DNA of 5,114 bases from an archaeon (lineage in GTDB: Archaea; Asgardarchaeota; Thorarchaeia; Thorarchaeales; Thorarchaeaceae). Where the stretch lies: positions 1 through 5,114 of the forward strand of contig JAJRZD010000048.1 in assembly GCA_024275415.1 (NCBI GenBank), read 5' to 3'. The notes under the pieces were generated by a model. It saw only the letters and a program-made list of their open reading frames with translations. It made no database searches and was not told where the DNA came from. The position numbers were made by a program, and so were the translations under genes. Below are positions 1 to 3,829 of the stretch, piece by piece. Numbering within the stretch: position 1 is the first letter of the stretch; each line of letters starts with the position of its first letter.

Positions 1-117
1 GTGCTCATCAGACGCTATGGCGCATATCTGCCCGTCAGTTACGGCTAACCCTCCGGTGACCAGTCCTGATTCAAGAAGCAGCCTTGCATTCTTGATTACA
101 AGATCCACGGAGGCCAA
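1..117 (-). CDS. N-terminal fragment of a metal-dependent cyclic amidohydrolase (dihydropyrimidinase/hydantoinase, allantoinase or dihydroorotase-like); runs off the left edge
   Basis: Hand translation of the minus strand from TTG at 117 gives MASVDLVIKNARLLLESGLVTGGLAVTDGQICAIASDEH, open to position 1 (alternative start GTG at 108). This fits the 'DLVIKNaRl...g.lAV.DG.I.AI' N-terminal beta-sandwich typical of the amidohydrolase superfamily. GGAGGA lies 6 nt upstream of the TTG. The HxH metal motif is outside the window, so the subfamily cannot be assigned. Confidence 0.8.
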   Translation of the reverse strand, partial: MASVDLVIKNARLLLESGLVTGGLAVTDGQICAIASDEH

Positions 118-120
118 AGA

Positions 121-402
121 CTATCCTCCTCCAACCGGTGGGAACAATGCCACTGCATCTCCATCTTGAAGAGAGGTGTCGTATCCATCAAGCAGTTCGA
201 TTCTTTTTCCGTTCACCATGCATGAGAAGAACCGTTTCAGCTCTTGCGTTTCGGGGTCAATGACGGTGTCCTCGAACGGTCTACCGTACTTCGATTTCAG
301 CTTTTGGAGCAGATCTCGGATATTCTCTACGTCCATCTCGATTCGGCTGGTCCCAGTGATTTCTCGCACTGTTGCAAAGAACTTGACAGTCACGTTCGCC
401 AT
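121..402 (-). CDS. moaD: MoaD/ThiS-family ubiquitin-like sulfur carrier (SAMP1-like small archaeal modifier protein)
   Basis: 93 aa with N-terminal 'VTVKFFATVREITG', internal 'MVNG' and 'LQDGDAVALFPPVGGG' ending in the diagnostic C-terminal Gly-Gly. An SD-like GAGGTG (420-415) lies upstream of the ATG. Confidence 0.93.
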   Translation of the reverse strand: MANVTVKFFATVREITGTSRIEMDVENIRDLLQKLKSKYGRPFEDTVIDPETQELKRFFSCMVNGKRIELLDGYDTSLQDGDAVALFPPVGGG

Positions 403-492
403 CCTATATCACAGCACCTCAGGAGCAAAAATACAACAGATTATAACGCTTATGACCTCTATGGTGGTGGAAGAAATCCTGGAGGCCAGTTA
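403..492. promoter_or_regulatory. Divergent promoter region with a palindromic TTATAA TATA-box candidate (441-446) and SD motifs for both genes
   Basis: AT-rich 90-nt gap between divergent starts. TTATAA reads the same on both strands, 39 nt from the moaD ATG and 47 nt from the pfkB TTG. GGAGG at 481-485 (+) and GAGGTG at 420-415 (-). Confidence 0.5.
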
Positions 493-1377
493 TTGGAGAT
501 CGTTGTTGTAGGCCATCTTAGTAGGGATCTGATAATCACTCCAAGATACCAACGCGAATCATTAGGTGGAGGAACTGCTTATGCCATGATAGCACCCAAG
601 CTTGGTGCGTTTGGCACTGGCATCATCACTCGCGTAGGCTCTGATTTCGAGCAGGAATATGTCAATTCTCTAAAGGAGTCCAATTTGGATCTGACAGGGT
701 TTCGGACAGCCGGTCCACGGACTACTCGATTCATCAATGAGTATGATGCAAAAGGCAGACGAACCCAAAGAGTGGATGCCGTTGCGCCGGAGATTCGGAT
801 GACCGACTTACAACCACATCATCTGCAAGCGAACATCATGCACTTCTCACCCTTGCTTAATGAAGTTCATACGTCTTGCATCGAGGTGGCCAGGAGGTAT
901 GGCGCTTTGGTGTCGTTGGACATTCAAGGCTACACGCGAACCGAGGAGAATGGACGGGTTGTCCCTACTACATGGGATGAGGCGTTGCAGGTTCTCCGAT
1001 ACGTCGATGTGGTGAAATGTGACACCTCCGAGCTAGAGCTTGCCATGGGCGATGGGACCGAAACTGCGCTCGTCACCAAGATGCTCGCACTTGGGCCCCG
1101 AATCGTTATCGTCACAAAGGATCAGGCTGGCTCATGCATCTATACTCGAAACTCCCAGATCGAGATACCCATGGTCTTGGCAGAGAAAATGATAGACACT
1201 ACAGGCTCCGGAGATACTTACATCATCGGATTCCTTTTGGAGTATATGCGAACTGGAGATGTGAAGCGTGCAGGTCTCTTTGGTGCTACCTGTGCATCCT
1301 ACAATCTTGAAACCGTGGGACCTTATGGTTTACCAACTAGAGCCATGGTTGAGAAAAGGATGAGTTCTTATCTATAG
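493..1377 (+). CDS. PfkB/ribokinase-family carbohydrate or nucleoside kinase (294 aa from the TTG start)
   Basis: N-terminal 'IVVVGHLSRD', 'LGGGTAY', 'RVGSDF', 'VVKCDTSEL', 'IVIVTKDQAGS' and the C-terminal PfkB signature 'DTTGSGDTYIIGF'. The true start is probably TTG 493, with GGAGG 7 nt upstream. The ORF-track start at 244 overlaps moaD antisense. Confidence 0.9.
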   Translation: MEIVVVGHLSRDLIITPRYQRESLGGGTAYAMIAPKLGAFGTGIITRVGSDFEQEYVNSLKESNLDLTGFRTAGPRTTRFINEYDAKGRRTQRVDAVAPEIRMTDLQPHHLQANIMHFSPLLNEVHTSCIEVARRYGALVSLDIQGYTRTEENGRVVPTTWDEALQVLRYVDVVKCDTSELELAMGDGTETALVTKMLALGPRIVIVTKDQAGSCIYTRNSQIEIPMVLAEKMIDTTGSGDTYIIGFLLEYMRTGDVKRAGLFGATCASYNLETVGPYGLPTRAMVEKRMSSYL

Positions 1378-1385
1378 TGATGCGT

Positions 1386-1410
1386 GGCTTGTTCAAAAAG
1401 CCTTTTCAGA
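1386..1410 (+). promoter_or_regulatory. Short hairpin GGCTT-N7-AAGCC followed by TTTT; weak terminator of pfkB, or a BRE/TATA-like element (AAAAAG-CCTTTTCA) for the peptidase gene
   Basis: 5-bp inverted repeat at 1386-1390/1398-1402 plus a T4 tract, 8 nt after the pfkB stop and about 30 nt before the next start. The two roles cannot be told apart from sequence alone. Confidence 0.25.
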
Positions 1411-1435
1411 GCCCACACCTCCTTACGAAAATGGA

Positions 1436-2629
1436 GTGAAATCGATGCTAGCAGATCTTGACGGGCTCATGGCTGAAGCAGGGGTAGATGCCATAGTCCT
1501 TGTGGGGAACGCATTCGAGGTTCCCGATATACTGTGGATGACAGGATTCAGGTCACCTGATGACGTGATAGTAGTCCACAATCGTGATGAGGAAACAATC
1601 GTAGCCTGTGCCTTTCATACCGTGGAACGAGTCAAGAAAGAAGGCTTTGTGAAGCGGACCTATGACCTGACCGACCTCTATCGAGCGTTCATGGCTGAAG
1701 GGAAACGCGCTCGAAATTATCCGGAGCGCGTCCTTGGGGATGTGCTTTCCAATGTCTTCTCAGGCAAGACAATAGGTGTCCCTGAGCATATCCCCGCATC
1801 GAATCTCCTAGCGATCCAGAAACTGGGATATGATGTGAAGCCAGTTCCAGACCTGTTGGTCGATGCCCGTGCAACAAAATCATCTCGTGAGGTCGAGATG
1901 ATAAAGAAGGCAGGCGCAGCTACCATGAGGGCGCTGAGTCAGGTGATTGAGATGATAAAGGATGCAGACATTGACGCCAATGGCAATCTATCGCACAATG
2001 GCTCCCCTCTTACTGTTGGTACGATTAAGAATGCCCTAGATCATGCCCTTTTAGATCAATGGGCAGAATCAGCTGAGGATGCCATCGTCGCGGTTGGCAC
2101 TATGGGGTTTGACTGGCATTATCTCGGCAATCCAGAAGATGTTCTAAAAGCAGGTGTGCCAATCATCATGGATGTCTTTCCGCGATTGAAACGTGAGATG
2201 TATGTTGCAGATGTTACAAGGACTGTGGTGAAAGGATCTCCTGATCCAAAGGTCAAGGAGATGTTTGATGCCGTGAAGGCAGCATCTGATGCTGTAATTG
2301 ATGCGATGACCGATGACGCAAAGATTGATGATGTGAATCTCGCCTGTTACAATACGTTGAAGAGATTTGGATTCGACTCTTCAAGATTGAATCCTGATGC
2401 AGAAGAGGGGATGACTCACAGCCTAGGACATGGTATTGGACTTGCCATCCATGAGAAGCCAAGTATGTATTCTTTGAATGACCACTTCAAAGAGGGTCAT
2501 GTTGTTGCTATTGAACCAGGTGTCTACATCAGGGCATTCGGCGGTGTCCGATTAGAGAATGACTTTGCTATCACCAAGAGCAGACCTGAGCGTCTAACAC
2601 CCGGACTAGACGATGTGATGTATCTCTAG
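1436..2629 (+). CDS. M24B-family metallopeptidase (Xaa-Pro aminopeptidase/prolidase-like) with a creatinase-type N-terminal domain
   Basis: All five pita-bread metal ligands are present: IMDVFPR, ADVTRT, HSLGHGIGLAIHEKP, IEPGVY and GGVRLEND. The start is either GTG 1436 or ATG 1445; the latter has GGAGTGA 5 nt upstream. Confidence 0.92.
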   Translation: MKSMLADLDGLMAEAGVDAIVLVGNAFEVPDILWMTGFRSPDDVIVVHNRDEETIVACAFHTVERVKKEGFVKRTYDLTDLYRAFMAEGKRARNYPERVLGDVLSNVFSGKTIGVPEHIPASNLLAIQKLGYDVKPVPDLLVDARATKSSREVEMIKKAGAATMRALSQVIEMIKDADIDANGNLSHNGSPLTVGTIKNALDHALLDQWAESAEDAIVAVGTMGFDWHYLGNPEDVLKAGVPIIMDVFPRLKREMYVADVTRTVVKGSPDPKVKEMFDAVKAASDAVIDAMTDDAKIDDVNLACYNTLKRFGFDSSRLNPDAEEGMTHSLGHGIGLAIHEKPSMYSLNDHFKEGHVVAIEPGVYIRAFGGVRLENDFAITKSRPERLTPGLDDVMYL

Positions 2630-3723
2630 GCATCAATGGAAAGAGCGTGATACGGACAAACAGAGATGCACATACCGCATCTCTGGCACTTTTCCTCATT
2701 AATGACAAATAGATTCTCCTTCTTGTCCACTGTGATGGCATCGTAGACGCATGACTTGGGACACAGTCCACATCTCGTACACTTTGCATGGTCAACTGTG
2801 GGAATACCCTTCAATTCCACTGGTTCCCGAAGGTGCTTCAACGCCTTCCCCTTGATATCTAGCACAGAGTCATAACCATGCTCGTCGAGCCAAGTGTCCA
2901 TCTCCTTGGCAATTCTCCCATAGACCGTCTGTCCTTCAAGGATTGAGGCAGTACAGACTTCTACCGCCGATGCTCCAGCCATCATGAACTCGATGGCGTC
3001 TGTGCCATGTGTGACACCCCCAACAGCAATGACTGGGAGGTTGACCGCTCTGGCGATATCAGCCACACATTTCATGGCTATCGGTCTGATCGAGGCACCG
3101 CTCATCCATCCCAATCCCTCCTCGCTCCCAAGCACAGGTTTCCCTGTTTCAATGTCTATTCTCAGGCAAGGTCCGAACGAGTTAATTGCCACGATCCCAT
3201 CGACGTACGGCGCGACCTCTTTTGCAACGGCTGCTACATCGACCTTTGGGCTCAGCTTGGCAAAGATGGGAATATCCACCGCATCACGGAGAGCCTTTGC
3301 TATCTCTGCATGACCCCCTACATAGTGGGTTGAGAATTCAAGTGCGTGTACTCCGGCAGCTTCGATTTTGGGGGCAATTTCAGAAACCTCCGCCGGTGTG
3401 TACCCCAGACTGGCTATGAGCGGAAGGGTCGAACTCAGAGCAATAGCATACTCTCGTTCAAGCCATTGTTCCAGCGGAATCTCACTCCAAAGCTCAGCGT
3501 TGAGGATGCCTCTGCGTGAACCTGTCCGTCCTTCTTCTATGGCTGCCATGTTGGGCTTGGGCACATCTGCAGGCCTGATGCTGACAGTCTTGGCAACAAG
3601 ACCTCCAGCCCCTCCCGCAGCTGCATTTAACAGGGTCATCCCATCCCGAGATGTGGGACCTGCAGCGGTAAGCACTGGGTTCCTGAATCTGAGTCCTGCA
3701 ATCTCAACCTCAAGATTGGTCAT
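2626..3723 (-). CDS. Dihydropyrimidine/dihydroorotate dehydrogenase-like FMN TIM-barrel protein (PreA-like) with a C-terminal 2x[4Fe-4S] ferredoxin domain and a non-canonical active-site loop
   Basis: FMN-barrel motifs 'FRNPVLTAAGP', 'AKT', 'LNAELWSE', 'AKLSP', 'AINS', 'GWMSGASIRP' and 'IAVGGV...AIEFMMAGASAVEVCT'. C-terminal CxxCxxCxxxC twice (C315-C325, C346-C356). The catalytic loop reads EFSTHYVGG rather than ELNxSCP. Confidence 0.88.
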   Translation of the reverse strand: MTNLEVEIAGLRFRNPVLTAAGPTSRDGMTLLNAAAGGAGGLVAKTVSIRPADVPKPNMAAIEEGRTGSRRGILNAELWSEIPLEQWLEREYAIALSSTLPLIASLGYTPAEVSEIAPKIEAAGVHALEFSTHYVGGHAEIAKALRDAVDIPIFAKLSPKVDVAAVAKEVAPYVDGIVAINSFGPCLRIDIETGKPVLGSEEGLGWMSGASIRPIAMKCVADIARAVNLPVIAVGGVTHGTDAIEFMMAGASAVEVCTASILEGQTVYGRIAKEMDTWLDEHGYDSVLDIKGKALKHLREPVELKGIPTVDHAKCTRCGLCPKSCVYDAITVDKKENLFVINEEKCQRCGMCISVCPYHALSIDA

Positions 3724-3772
3724 GTCCTCGGCTACTTTGCACTAGATGATAAGGATTCCTCAACTATGATGC

Positions 3773-3793
3773 TGTTATCTTCTTTGAATAACA
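3773..3793. promoter_or_regulatory. Inverted repeat TGTTAT-N9-ATAACA in the AOR to DPD-like intergenic region; candidate operator or RNA hairpin
   Basis: Perfect 6-bp arms at 3773-3778 and 3788-3793, about 50-70 nt upstream of the ATG at 3723. A TTATCA TATA-like box lies at 3752-3747 on the minus strand. Confidence 0.3.
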
Positions 3794-3829
3794 ACAGACT
3801 CAACATCGCGGTTCGATGACACTTCTGTT

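Noticed and set aside
121-123. Pyrrolysine recoding of the moaD amber codon
   Set aside because: Every gene here terminates at TAG, MoaD needs a free C-terminal GG, and no pyl genes are visible.
244-492. 83-aa N-terminal extension of the PfkB ORF (ORF-track start 244)
   Set aside because: It overlaps moaD antisense and the promoter gap and has no family-like sequence. The PfkB fold begins at TTG 493, which has a good SD.
1436-2629. M24 protein as a creatinase or ureido-hydrolase completing the pyrimidine pathway
   Set aside because: All five metal ligands are intact (creatinases lack them), and it looks like an ordinary archaeal Xaa-Pro peptidase. It is also convergent to the DPD-like gene. 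No sequence evidence supports a new activity.
2626-3723. Calling this gene pyrD or preA
   Set aside because: It lacks the catalytic Cys/Ser loop and has no PyrK/PreT partner or pyr operon context, so only a family-level call is supportable.
433-3798. Shared 8-mer ACAACAGA in two intergenic regions (433-440 and 3791-3798)
   Set aside because: A single 8-mer match between two ~100-nt regions is easily chance, and the positions relative to the promoters differ.
3804-3818. CATCG-N5-CGATG hairpin just after the AOR stop as a terminator
   Set aside because: The stem is only 5 bp with no clean poly-U tract, which is too weak to call.
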